Shown one piece after another: positions 14,176 to 26,673 of a DNA stretch of 64,000 nucleotides. How positions within the stretch are numbered: position 1 is the stretch's first letter; the number at the start of each line of letters is the position of its first letter. Source of the DNA: Octopus bimaculoides. Lineage: Eukaryota. The notes below the pieces were generated by a model. That model was not told where the DNA came from. It did not search any database and worked only from the letters and a program-made list of their open reading frames with translations. The stretch is from contig NC_068990.1 of NCBI RefSeq assembly GCF_001194135.2, positions 45,271,915-45,335,914 of the forward strand, in the 5' to 3' direction. Both the position numbers and the translations under genes were made by a program.

Positions 14176-14478
14176 CAGTAAATAGAAAACTATTGTTTAC
14201 CTCATTTTATCAAAATATAGTGTGTAACATGGCAAGCTGGGAGATTTGTTACCACATTGGATACAAAGACTTAAAGACATTTCTTCAAGTTTTATGTTCC
14301 AAGTTCAAATGCCACTGAGTTCAACTTTACCTTTTGTCCTTTTGGGGTTGATAAACTAAGTAGCAGTTAAGTATTGGGGTTGATGTGACAGAGTAAGCCA
14401 GTTCTCCTAAAATGTCATGCATTAGAACGGATTAATTATATTTGTGTATTTTAGCATGGAATTTCTATAACCTTAAAT

Positions 14479-14688
14479 TACAATGGGATGCTGAAAAGTT
14501 CCTGGCTTTAAGGGTATCATGAAAGGCCTGGTTAGAGGCCCAACCTTCCGAGTTCTTTTACATAACTTACAAAAATGGAAGGACCACTGCAATAAGTGTG
14601 TGAATGTGAGAGAATATGTTCAATAAAATCATAATCCTCTTTTATTTTCTTTTACTTAAAGCCAGGAACTTTTCAGCATCCCCTTGTA
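14479..14688. mobile_element. mariner-like MITE with about 30-bp TIRs and TA ends
   Basis: tacaatgggatgctgaaaagttcctggcttta ... taaagccaggaacttttcagcatccccttgta are imperfect inverted repeats. Confidence 0.85.
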
Positions 14689-14936
14689 TATTTTAAAAGA
14701 TTACTGATGCCCTTTGATACTTCTTGCAGTGTACAAGTATGCCTTTGTGTGCTAGTGTGTCTAAACATATTGTTTGAGAAATCACTGATCTACATGAGAG
14801 AGGTTTAGTAGTGAAATTAGTATCATTTATATAGGGCTTTCCTATAAGTAGGTTATCTCCCTTGACTAGGCGGCGCTCCATGTAGATAATTAAACTTCCG
14901 GAGGCTACCCATGCCATTGTTATTGTTTTACGTCTT

Positions 14937-15530
14937 ATGGATATAAAGCAGCTTGATGATTCAGCTATCGAAGTACTTACTGTGCCTGAGTTAAAGAAAT
15001 ATTTAAGATTATATGGACAGTATGTTACTGGAAGAAAGGTGGACTTGACTGAAAGGTTGAAAGGAATAAAAATTCTGTCGATGAAGAATGTCAACAAAGT
15101 AAATTCATCGGACGATAAGTCTGAAGTATCGGACGATACTTCAGACAGGAATAAGCAGAAGCTTATANNNNNNNNNNNNNNNNNNNNNNNNNNNNNTATC
15201 TCCTCTCGGTGAAGTATTGCCTGATCTAAAGATCTTTGTAAGTTGCCGCATTCCACAGATAATGATATAATTACCTCGTGCTATGGATGAATGCAAAGCA
15301 ACAGTTAAGGAGTGGCATATTTTACCATGACAGACACGTACACAGCATCGAATACCACGATGTGAATGAAAGCTGCTCTCACTGTATTGTCCGGTAATCC
15401 CTTCGATACCGACATCAAACCAAAAAAAAGAATCCTGACCACAGAGTGTGGGTAATTATGTCAAATGTCACTGGCAATGTGCATTCAGCTGATTGCAACT
15501 GTTAAAGCAAGTCACTGAGCATGCGTACAT
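14937..15530 (+). pseudogene. degenerate SAP + SWIM transposon ORF
   Basis: LTVPELKKYLRLYGQYVTGRKVDLTERLK fits the SAP pattern. HRVWVIMSNVTGNVHSADCNC-(frameshift)-KASH*ACVHV fits the SWIM CxC...CxH pattern. It contains stops, frameshifts and a 29-nt gap. Confidence 0.65.
15168..15196. other. assembly gap (N run)
   Basis: N bases. Confidence 1.
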
Positions 15531-15639
15531 GTCATACGAGAGAGTTCCAATCAAGGGTGGATAACACCTTATAGGAAAGCCCTATAGGAGTGTCATATAT
15601 CAATGATACTATATAAATTAGTAGTATCATTTATATAGG

Positions 15640-16900
15640 AGTTTATATAATGAGATCTTTCATGTTGAAACGAAAGAGAATGGAAAATTTGACCAAATCT
15701 TGGGGTATAACACAATCAATAAAATATGGGAGTGAGAGGGGTGCCAGTTGATGCACTGCTCTAAGCTTTCAATCTAAGAAATAAGATATGGACGAAACCA
15801 ATAAGCAGGCAAATAAATTAGTTGGGAGGGTCTTAGTCCAGACATGGTAGTTATTGTTGTTTAACCTCAGGTGAACCCTGATTGAATGAATTTATGACCA
15901 AGACATTTCAGCAGTGACCATCCTCTTAGTTAGTGTCCTTTCTCAAGACAGTAGGATGTAATTTGCTATTTCTGGAAGATCAAGTGACTACATAGAGCCA
16001 TGGATTCAAACCACTCTAGATTATCATCGGCAGTCTTCAGAAGGACTTCATTAAAAGTTTTATATTTGAATAATGCAATTCACAAAAGAAAAAAGTCAAA
16101 AGTGAAAAAACACACTTAGAGCAGAGCAGATTTTCTTCTATTTATAATTTCTCTTAAAGCACAAGAATGTCATGGCCCAAAAACTTTGGAAACCATTGGC
16201 ATAGAAGCTCCCTCACTGGTGTACCAGGTATGGTTGATGATGAAATAAAGGGCCACAAAATATGCTTTTGCTAATATAGCAGAGGGCAAAAACAAAAAAA
16301 AAAAACTTCTGGTGTCATAGGAAAGCAAATCCGCTCTACTAAGAAACTGTACCAATGGTTACAAAGGAGACAAAGGGACTGAAATTGATAAAAGGAGGTG
16401 GTTATTTATAATTGTGACTAACAGTGAGGATATCAAGATCAGCAGAAAGCAGAGTTAGTTTCTTCATTGTTTTGAGGTGAGTGATCACATTATAATTTCC
16501 ATGTTGGATTTGATCTCTGTCAAGTAAAGATCGAGTCTGATGAGGGTAGGAGGTAGCTTGGGAATATGGTTTGAGGTTAAATCATCAGAGTTGACAGACA
16601 TTTGGCTTAGAGTGACTAGAGAACTTCCTACCCTTGATAACTGGTGCTAAATGGAAGGTGAGGGTTGAGAAGGGCATTTTGGATAAGGTTGAAAAACAGG
16701 CAATGAAATGGTAAAAGTTAATGAAGATCCTCTTTGTAAGAGACCAGATCTAGTTGAAATTTGGTATGTAAGAAAGTTGGTTGGCTGTGTAACCTTACAA
16801 ATGCTGACTCTGGGCAAATTGCCTTCTAGCTGGGGAGTTACTTTCTCCAGATGTTGTACCATTACAAATGAACCACACAGGAATTTTGGGCTTTAGTAGT
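15640..16900 (-). mobile_element. highly decayed non-LTR retrotransposon (CR1/Jockey-like) 3' fragments
   Basis: Broken minus-strand translations resemble the post-RT region of such LINEs; a related fragment lies at 14690-14815. Confidence 0.35.
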
Positions 16901-19576
16901 GAAAGTTATCGGTTACTGTGCTTAGCTTTCTCAGATGATTTCATATAGATGTTGAGACTAACTGGTGCTGTTTACGATGTTAGTTGTTGTCAGCCCTCAT
17001 TAAGCAGATTTTTTATATCCCTTTACTTTTCTTTTTTTAAACAGGATGGTAAGGTGTGATTTAATGAATATTTGACTGCTATATGTAATAGGTTGAACAA
17101 CCATGTAAAGGCTTTTTCTCAGAACTGTTTTCACATTTCAACTCTAGTTGTTTTAAGGAAGTCAGAACAAATACTTCTTTCAATGAAACTTCAACATGTT
17201 TCCATGGGTTGGACAGAACTAAGATAATTAAATTGAAATACTGTTGGTACTCATTTAAAGGAACAAATAAGAAATACAATTTAACAAAGTAAGCCAATCA
17301 GTTAGTAAGAAACATTGTATAATTAACCAATGTTTCATTAGCTTATAATCCTATTACAACTTCCTCAATGCAGAAAGCAAAGGGGAGCCACTTCAAAATC
17401 CAATATACTCAATGCTAGATATTACCCCTACCTCAGAGATCAACTTTTTTTTTTTTTTGTTACGTAAACAGAGAATCCATTCTAAAACTGTTGACACTAT
17501 ATAGCAGTCACAGACTAACTGTTGTCTGTGAGACTTTCTGAATGGTAAATGAAAAGTTACTTTGAATCTTTTTAGTAGTGCAGCCCGCTTGATAATGAAC
17601 CATATATCATGTAGCCTGCTTCTTGAGAAGAGCAGCATTTCTCATAAAGGATGGATGAAGATTGAAAAGGGTCAGACAAATTGCCATGTTTAAAATAAAA
17701 TTAAGATAGTTTTAAACTTGTCCAACATCATGGTGAAGAATCAGAGGAACGCAAACTCCTGGGGATAAAAAAGTGCCTTGGTATTAGTCACTTTGAAGAC
17801 CACAAGTAGAAGACATTAATAGGTCATCAAAGTACAATTAGGAGATGAAGGAATCCCTAAATATATATAACTGCAAAGTGATTATCTATAGATGCCATGA
17901 GTACTTTGTTACTGTTCAGTGCAAGGCTTAGCTTGCAATGACCTGATCTAAATAACAGGGAACTACTCTCATCTTTAGAGTAGTGTAAATGCAACATCAG
18001 AGCAAAGCGTTATGTTGAAACATCAATATTGCTGAGCTAGTATGATACTGGTTTACATGAGACAGTGTGTGTGTGTAAATAAAATAACCGTTTTCTCTAA
18101 TAGTTGCTGAAAATTATTCCATTCCGTTTTCTGAAAGAAGACATGTACTACAGCAGTAGCCAATGGAAATATGAAGAGCAATGCTTTGTAAGTTCAATAA
18201 TACTATGGATGTCAAATGCCAGGACTCAGTTTAGAAAAGAGATCAGCAACTTTGTTTTGCAATGGCCTGCATATATATATCTTACAAAAATAACCCAGTA
18301 TATTGTCCCATTTCCACTGCAAGCAATGCATATGTAAACAAAAATTATTTTGTGACATGAAGAACCAGAAGTAAACCACCACCTTGCCTGATGGCCTACA
18401 AATTACACTAAATTTGAAAACAAAGATAGTATTTGTAGTAACAGATAGCAGTGTTTGAATGAGCTATGTTTGTTCTTTGAATTGTACCAAACAGTAACAG
18501 TTCTCTTATGTAGTTGCTTCACTTAATACAGCAACCAAAACCACTTTAACAAATGCTTTGACATCTTGAAAGTAGGGACCACATTTTTAAAATATTAAAT
18601 ATTAAGATATTATGTCTAATAACAAAGATATGAACACAGCAACACTGAAAATTGTTAATTTTAGTAAGGGAAAAAAAAGTACACAAAGAAAAGTTTTCTG
18701 CATTGAACTGTTTTATTGAAAATAGTTTTGATTAAACTAGTTCAATTACAAGTAAAATCTGTTTCTCCATGTTGTGTACAAAGGTGACTGTTGAACACTT
18801 CCTGAGCTGTCATGTTCATCTGCTTTTACCTAGCAGCTGCATATTAATAAGTTTTAGCACAAGTAGCAATTGGCAAACTAATAAACTCAAATTACAATAC
18901 ATCAATAAAAAAAAAAAATTACAGAACAGAAACTCGAAAACTCAGACCATCTTAATGAAATTATGTCAGGAATGGTAATAAATAAATAAATAAATAGCTC
19001 ATATATTAAATATATGTAACATGTTATTGATAAGCCCGATAAAAAAAAAATAAATAAAAAGTTTAGAAAATTACTACCTAAAAAACACCCGATTTACATC
19101 TATTTCGCTTCTTGAGTTTATTAGTACCCTGAAAGTTCTCACAAATACCAAAACAATACCAGAATTCAAAATCTATTGCACATTCAGCTTTATTTTTCAG
19201 AATCTAAATGACTGGTTATTTGGCAATTGCATTAACAGTATAATAACCTAGAGATATACCTAAGTCTTGTTATAATTCTATTGTGAGGAAGCTCATACAT
19301 AAAGATTTGAGATTGGTAGATACAAACATCATACAAGAGATGAAAAACTCCTGTGGAAAAAATAGGTTATTGCTCTATAATACATTGGTATCATCAAATA
19401 ATTTTTTCTAGAACACAAAATTTGACAAGAAATAGTTTGAATGTATTTTAATACTAGTCAACAAGTGAAAGAACTGGTTTTCTGACTTCCAAGTTTAACC
19501 ATTTTCTAAATCCTGTTTTTCCTACAATTTCAAAATATAAGATTCTGGGTTTTCATGTTAACTTGGATCTGAGTTA

Positions 19577-19808
19577 TTAACCCTTTCATTACAGTATTTA
19601 TTTTGAGATGCTCTGTGTTTCTTTCAGTTAGTTTTAGATATAACAAAGAATTTAGTAAAATAGCTTTTAGTTATCATTAAGCTAGTATTAAGAACATAAA
19701 TTGTGACTGAGGTTTGGTGGAAAATTTTAATTCAAAACTTAGGAAAGCAAGACATTTGTACTACAGAGCCAGAGGCAGTTTCAGCTGGGTTGGTATTGAA
19801 AGGGTTAA
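19577..19808. mobile_element. TTAA-flanked MITE (second family)
   Basis: TTAACCCTTTCATTAC ... GGTATTGAAAGGGTTAA terminal inverted repeats. Confidence 0.85.
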
Positions 19809-21522
19809 ACTAAAGAATTATGGTTGAATGGTTTGTTAGCACAATAGAATGGTAACAGTATTTTAATTTGATTACTTTTACACAATGTTTCTTGCTCATC
19901 ATCAGAATATAAATTTTTGGTGTCAGTTCTTGAGTGTATACACAAGCATGTATTGAATGATATACAATAATTTATCTCAAATATTTTATGTGGTGTATAG
20001 TTGATCTATACACCACAATAGCTTACTAGGATTTAAAAAAAAAAATTATTTTAAAAATTAGTCGAGAGGAAAGGGACTTTTATACAGTGCCTTGAAGACT
20101 GATGGGAAGAAAGGAGGAAGTTGCAAAAGAATGTGCTCTGCTAAAGCACCCAAAAGAGAGTGGCAGCATTAAACTGGACAATGGATTAAGTCTATCACCC
20201 AAGAACACTCCCTCTGACAGGCTTTCACAGTTTCTGCCCACCAAATTTCAGTCTTTGGTTGCCATGAGGTAATGGTAAGAGACACTTGGTCAAATCACCA
20301 TGCAGTGGGAATGAGCCTGAAAACTATTATGGTGAAGCAAGCTTCTTAACCACACAATCATGCAAGCCAAAGTGATTAAGAATAAGATCCAAATTTAGAA
20401 GCTGGAGGAATAAAACCAAATACTATGATGCATTTAGTTTTATCCCTCTACAGTTTCATATATGATCACCACTCTCGTGTAGCATATAATATTCTAACAA
20501 GAATATAAAATAATGAGAATCAATTGTGATAATTAAGGAAACAGCTTGTTGATTTTGCTTGCTTGTAAATTGACATCATGAGATTAGAATCAATATTTTG
20601 TTCAACTGAGAAATATGAAGTGTTTCAGTGACAAACTAACAACTCCTGCATTTCATTAAAACATTTGTTCTTTCCTGAATCAAAAACAACAAATTTATAA
20701 ATTTTAAAATACTTATATAGACTGAGGGTGTACTTGGACAACTTCTAAAGCCAGCAACTTGTTCTTTCTCAATATAGCTTGTACCCAAATAGTTTGAAAG
20801 TTTTATAATGCTTAGAATAATTTCAAATCTGAAATATTCTCAAAAGTGGAACAGACTTTTGTGTTGGCTTCCAAAAAAATAAATCTATACACAGAGTAGT
20901 ATAAGAGTTTCTTTGAACTACAAGAATGCCATCAGTGAGTTAATTTGTTGTAGCCAAACTAGTCTAGAAACAAAATCTAATCTTTTCCTACAGTATATAA
21001 AACTAAGAATCATCATAAATATTACGAGTTATAATTAATTACTGTTCTTAAAAGACTATAATAATTTCTTTCCTCCTATGAGCATCTACACCCCAAACTT
21101 AATTACTATGGGTTGGAAGGATTTAGAAAATATAGCAGCTGTTTCATAGCTGATAGTTTTTCTTGTGCCAATCTCCATTGTACCATCAAAAATCAAGACA
21201 GTAAAATATCCTTGAATATAGCTTGAATGTAGTAAGTGTAGCAGCCCATTGATGTAGCAATTTTCATTTTTAGCAGTCAGTAAATTAAATAAAATGAAGC
21301 CATTTATATATTAAGACACAGTTCCTGAAATATCACCCAAACTATTTTTTATCATATGCTCATATTTCAGTATCAAATGTGTTGGTTTTGGTTGTGTTAT
21401 TACAACTGAGGTTTACTAAAAAACCTTCAGATTAATTTGAAAATACATCAATATATTATAACCAAATTACTTAAAATTTAGAGCTTCTTAAAACTAAAAG
21501 TAGCTTTTTTTCTTTTTCTTTT

Positions 21523-22396
21523 TTTATTGTGAATATATCTGCTTCATATTGCAGTATGCCATTTCTTTTTTGTTTGGTGCTGAACTTTGAATATCATCCA
21601 CAGCCCTACAAGGAACAAACATTAAAAGCCAACAACATGAAGTCTTAAAGCAGTCAAACATAAAAAACAAACAAATCACGTTTACCACATATTTTTGAAT
21701 GGAAGTCAATGATTCCATGTAACATTGCCATGTATATATATTACAAGAGAAAAAGAAGTCAACTGAAGAAAACTTCTTCAGTAATATGTATCAAAATATA
21801 AATACTTTTTCAAAATGGTCTAATATCACACTGATACTAGGATCAAGTCAGAGAAAGCAGGGATTATAATACAGCAGGAAAGTACTTCATATATCACTAG
21901 AAAATAAAGAATGAAGTGTTTGATGTTAAACAGACAAAAAAAAAAAAAGAGGGAACTTTTTCCCCCTTTAAAGATATATGCAATTTAGAAATAAAAATCA
22001 TATTTTTGTTTCAAATTTTGTTTATTTTTTTTAAAGTGATTGATATTTTGTTTTTACAAAATATTTAGACTATTGCATGGGATCTATTGTGTGAAGTGAA
22101 TGAAAATATCTGTAGATAGTAAAAGAGATTGAGGCAAAAATGAATGTTCACATTTTGTCAATGGATTTGAAAATAAGATGGAGCAATCTTTTGACAGATG
22201 ATTAAGCTGGGTGAAAGTGTGAAGTAATTCATCTTTTACGGAGAAAATATATCAGCACAATGATGACAGTAACTTCACAAAACCAATAGCTGAGCACCAG
22301 AAGCAGATAGTCTTTGTAGCTTACAGCATCTTTCAACCCACTAGTTATTAAGTAGCAAATAAATTGCAAGTGTAATCTAACTGTTGATGATGGCCT
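21523..22396 (-). other. probable YTHDC1 3' UTR (minimum extent; candidate AATAAA at 22026-22021 and 21528-21523)
   Basis: Repeat-poor sequence following the stop codon; AATAAA hexamers on the minus strand. The actual cleavage site cannot be determined from sequence. Confidence 0.45.
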
Positions 22397-22483
22397 TTAC
22401 CGGCGATCTCGGTGGCGATGTCGGTCTCTGGAGCTATTCCCATGTGTAGTTCTACGGAGGAAATCATCAACATCTCTCTCATA
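22397..22483 (-). CDS. YTHDC1: YTHDC1 last coding exon ([28 protein letters not shown])
   Basis: ttctatttcag acceptor; TAA at 22399-22397; matches human VDDFLRRT followed by an Arg/Asp-rich tail. Confidence 0.95.
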   Translation of the reverse strand, partial: YERDVDDFLRRTTHGNSSRDRHRHRDRR

Positions 22484-22804
22484 CTGAAATAGAAAAAAAC
22501 AAAACAAATGGAATTGTGGGATATTGTTTAACTATGTAAGTTAATCATTCATTTTGTCTATATCATTTGGGAAAAGCCAGTCCTCCATTAATGAGAATTC
22601 TTTACAAAATGACAGCAAGTTTTATCATTTGGTCTCTATGTACTGAGTTAAATTACAAATGGTTTATCAATAAAGATTACAAGTATAAAAGTTAAAATCT
22701 CCCTCTCTAGAAAAAAATGCTTTTAAAAGAGTAATTAAATACATTTTCATTGAAAAGAAAGGCATTCCAATAAATTACAAATTATTATGGAAAGAGTTTG
22801 AAGA

Positions 22805-22850
<46 letters not shown>

Positions 22851-22860
22851 NNNNNNNNNN

Positions 22861-22900
<40 letters not shown>

Positions 22901-24344
22901 CATATATAGCCATCTGCATAATAATACATAAAGACATGCAACCAATAGTCATATAATATATATAAAACTAAAGCATCTAGTAACTAGTGTCTTCACATTT
23001 ACATAGTGACCAGTAAAATATAGTTATCAGCTAGATAACATGCAAATCAGAGTGACTGGTATAAAACAGATAAAATATGTAGCAGCCAGTAGAAGTGCTA
23101 CATAAAACAGTAAAACATGTGGTTGCCACTAACATAGGACACCAAAAGATGTAGCATTCAGTTGAAGTAAATGAAGATTAAATATATGAATAAAAAAAGA
23201 ATAATAAAACCTGATGACTACTTGACTTACTGAACGTTTCTCTGCCCAAACAGCACTCGCTGAACGTTTATCTGTGCGCCTGGGATTGGAAATCGAAGCT
23301 GGGCCATACTCAGGAGGAGTCATGTAATTTCTCGGCCGGTTATCATAATGACCAGTATAGGTGACCATTGGATCCATATGATGTCCATATGCAGGAGGCT
23401 AAAACAATGAAGATAATTGGAACAGCATTAATAATGTTAGTCTGGGGATTATATAGATTTTTTTCTTTTTGTAACAAAAATTAAGTCCACGAAATTGTCA
23501 AAAGGTGAAAACTATAAATTAAATTGACTTACTGGTGGGCCATAAGGTGACATAGGTGGCGGTGGGGGTCTTACATGTTGGAACTCTCGCATGTAGTCAC
23601 TATATGACTAGAAAACAGAAAAAAGAAGAAAAAAAACTATTTTACTGTGGATGACAGAATAATAACCAGTAATAATTTACTTCATTTAATGATTAATTTT
23701 AATATATGGATATTTTAAAGTTTACTTTAAAAAAAATTAAATGCTAGAAATGAAAGTACTAGATACTAATTGAAAATAATCTGATGAATTTATCAAAACC
23801 TAAATCTGGAAAATGAAATAAGTAGACAGTGACTGTCTGCTTATAAAAATTACTCAGTGAAATTAGCTAGAGGACACAAAGATAATTTAGTTCAGGAAGT
23901 GTTAACTAGCCATGAGTTGAATATATAATATAGTCTTATAAGATACAAGATTAGTTATACAACTGATGATAAAATAAATGCATAATTAATGCAATGAAAA
24001 ATTGTAACTGCTGATGTATCTCTAATATCAATTAGCTATAAATAAATATTCCACTAGAATGAGAAAACACCATCATTATTTTTTTAAGATTAGATTTATA
24101 TAATTAATTTAAAATTAATTTTAAGTATCAATGTTACTCTACTCTGCAATATATCATAACAGTGGTAGGCAAACCAATGAAACTTTTGCAATGTTCAGCG
24201 GACTATCTAGCCATTGTTTTAATTAAAAATAAGGTAAACCAATAAAAATAATAATCAAGGTTACAGAATGAGGGGGTTAGTTACATGTGTGGACACCAAA
24301 AGTGTAAATAGCAAATTTGCTTCTACTGGAGGTGAAATGCATAA

Positions 24345-24376
<32 letters not shown>

Positions 24377-26623
24377 CAGTATGTATGTGTAAATGTGTGT
24401 GTGTATATATATATATATATGCATGTGCTTATATATTATGGAAATGCTTGAATATTTATAATGGAAAATTCTAAACTAAAGTCTATAAGAAATATGACAA
24501 ATGAAGAGAGAATGAAACTTTCTGTTTCAACTTATGAAGCTATCATGAAATAACTACACAGAAACACTAAAAGTAAATATTTTATAAGTTTTAGTTTTTT
24601 TTTTTTTTAACACTGCACTTTGAGTTACAGGGTGAGCAAGTCACAGAGTGACTGAGCCACACGGTAATAAAACGTTTTCTTTTAATTATCAACATACAGA
24701 ATAACAAAGTTAAAGTAAATAAAAACAAGGCTAAAAGCTAGAGAAAAGAGAAATAGAATCTAAATTTTAAGTCTAGCTACCAAAAGTATTTGTTGTGATA
24801 TAAAAGAAAAAAATTGTAGAAAAGAGAACCAAGATGTAAGCAGTGAGAAAACATTTAACAGAAGATGTTATAAATGGGAACTTGACAAAGTGGCGGCTTA
24901 TGTAGTTTCTAGCAGAAGAAAGGTAGAAAACAACAAGTCAAGGAGAGTACATTAAAACGATAATGTGTTAACTAGAAAATATGAAGTCTTTATGCTTTTG
25001 TTAAATATTTGATGTTTTTTTTTTAAATCTTTAAAGTAATTAACTGATTTTCTTTTTTCTCTTTTCCAAAAAATAAATATATAAATAAATAAAATCTTTA
25101 AAAATCAATATAAAATATAAGATATCAATGTTAATATAGTTAACTGTTATCACAGTGAAAAGAATGGTGTACGTACAGATGGACGGACTAATGGCCGTAC
25201 CCCTGCTGCTGGATAAGTCCATGAGCTCGCCACACTGTTCCACTGCTGGGCGAGCCAAAAACAAAATCGATAATATTTAGCAATATGCCAGAGATATTGG
25301 AGAATGGGCCAGGGGTGGGAATTGTGTACAGCAGAAAAATGAAGAGCAGAAGAAACACTAGACAAAAGTTTTGGATGAGGAAAAATTTCAAGGCCACAAT
25401 ATTTTTTTTTTTTAATTTTTCACAAAAATTTTTAAGGTTTAAAAAAATTTTTGTTTAAAAAAAAAAAAATCAACAAAATGCTGGGAATTTCTATTTCTCT
25501 AAGAGCAGTTCCATAAACATTTGTTTAGAGGTAAATAATTGTGATTTAACAGCTTTACCATATAATAAATATTACACTGAACATTGTAACATTTCAACAT
25601 TGAATTTTCTTTATGCAAGTATGTGGTGCATGCACATGCATATACATATCATGTACATGCATGCACATATACAAATTCATTTCAAAGAAACACATTAACA
25701 CATGCTATTTAATCTTGCTCCCCACACATCTATCTTTCTGTGTAAAAGACAACCTAAACACATTGAAACTTAATACGTTGTCAACTATCAAAATAATTAG
25801 AGATTTTAATATAACAGCAGGTATATGAACAGTGCAACATGACCGTATAAAAAATTAAAAGTAGATAGTTTCTATAATTGCATTTTGATTTTTAAAAAAA
25901 AATATTTCTCAGGTTTAGAAATATGACAAAGAAAGATATTGCGAAGCTAAGAGACAAAAAGTTCAACTGAAAATTCACTGATATTACTACTACTGAGTGT
26001 TTTCTTGGCCATGTATATTTTATAGGAGGGAATAGCTAATAAAATTAATCACATTATATATGTTCCTATATGTACTTTTATTACTGACAGACAATTGTGG
26101 GGGATATGAATTCGAAATTATGAAGCAAAAAACATTTAGTCCACTTCTCTATCAGGTGTACTATTTGCACAACAATAATAGTTGTAGTTATAAATGTATA
26201 AGAAACATTGTTTAGAATTGAAAGGATATAACTGAATTATATATCAGAAACTATCTTACATTTATTTCTTTATTGCCCACAGTGGGCTAAACATACAGGG
26301 GACAAACAAGGACAGACAAATTCTGTCCTTGTTTGTCTGTATAAGTCGATTACACCGACACCAGTGTGTAACTGGTACTTATTTAATCGACCCTGAAAGG
26401 ATGAAAGGCTAAGTCGACCTCGGTGGAGTTTGAACTCAGAACGTAAGCATTTCAACAGAAATGTTTTCTTTAGTTAATATTTTTTTCTAAGCCTATTAGT
26501 AAACATTGCTTACAAAAAATATCAGTGAAGAAAGATTTTCAAAACCAAGCCAAGTCTTAATAACTGGGTAGATTTGAAGATATTCTAAGTAAAAAGAAGC
26601 TCTATTTCTTCTAATTCCCCATG

Positions 26624-26673
<50 letters not shown>

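Larger units (their letters stand above)
14834..15582 (+). mobile_element. non-autonomous TIR element carrying SAP-domain and SWIM-finger coding remnants
   Basis: 15-bp perfect TIR GGGCTTTCCTATAAG, TATA on both flanks; internal ORF plus frameshifted SWIM-like segment; CpG-rich. Confidence 0.75.
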
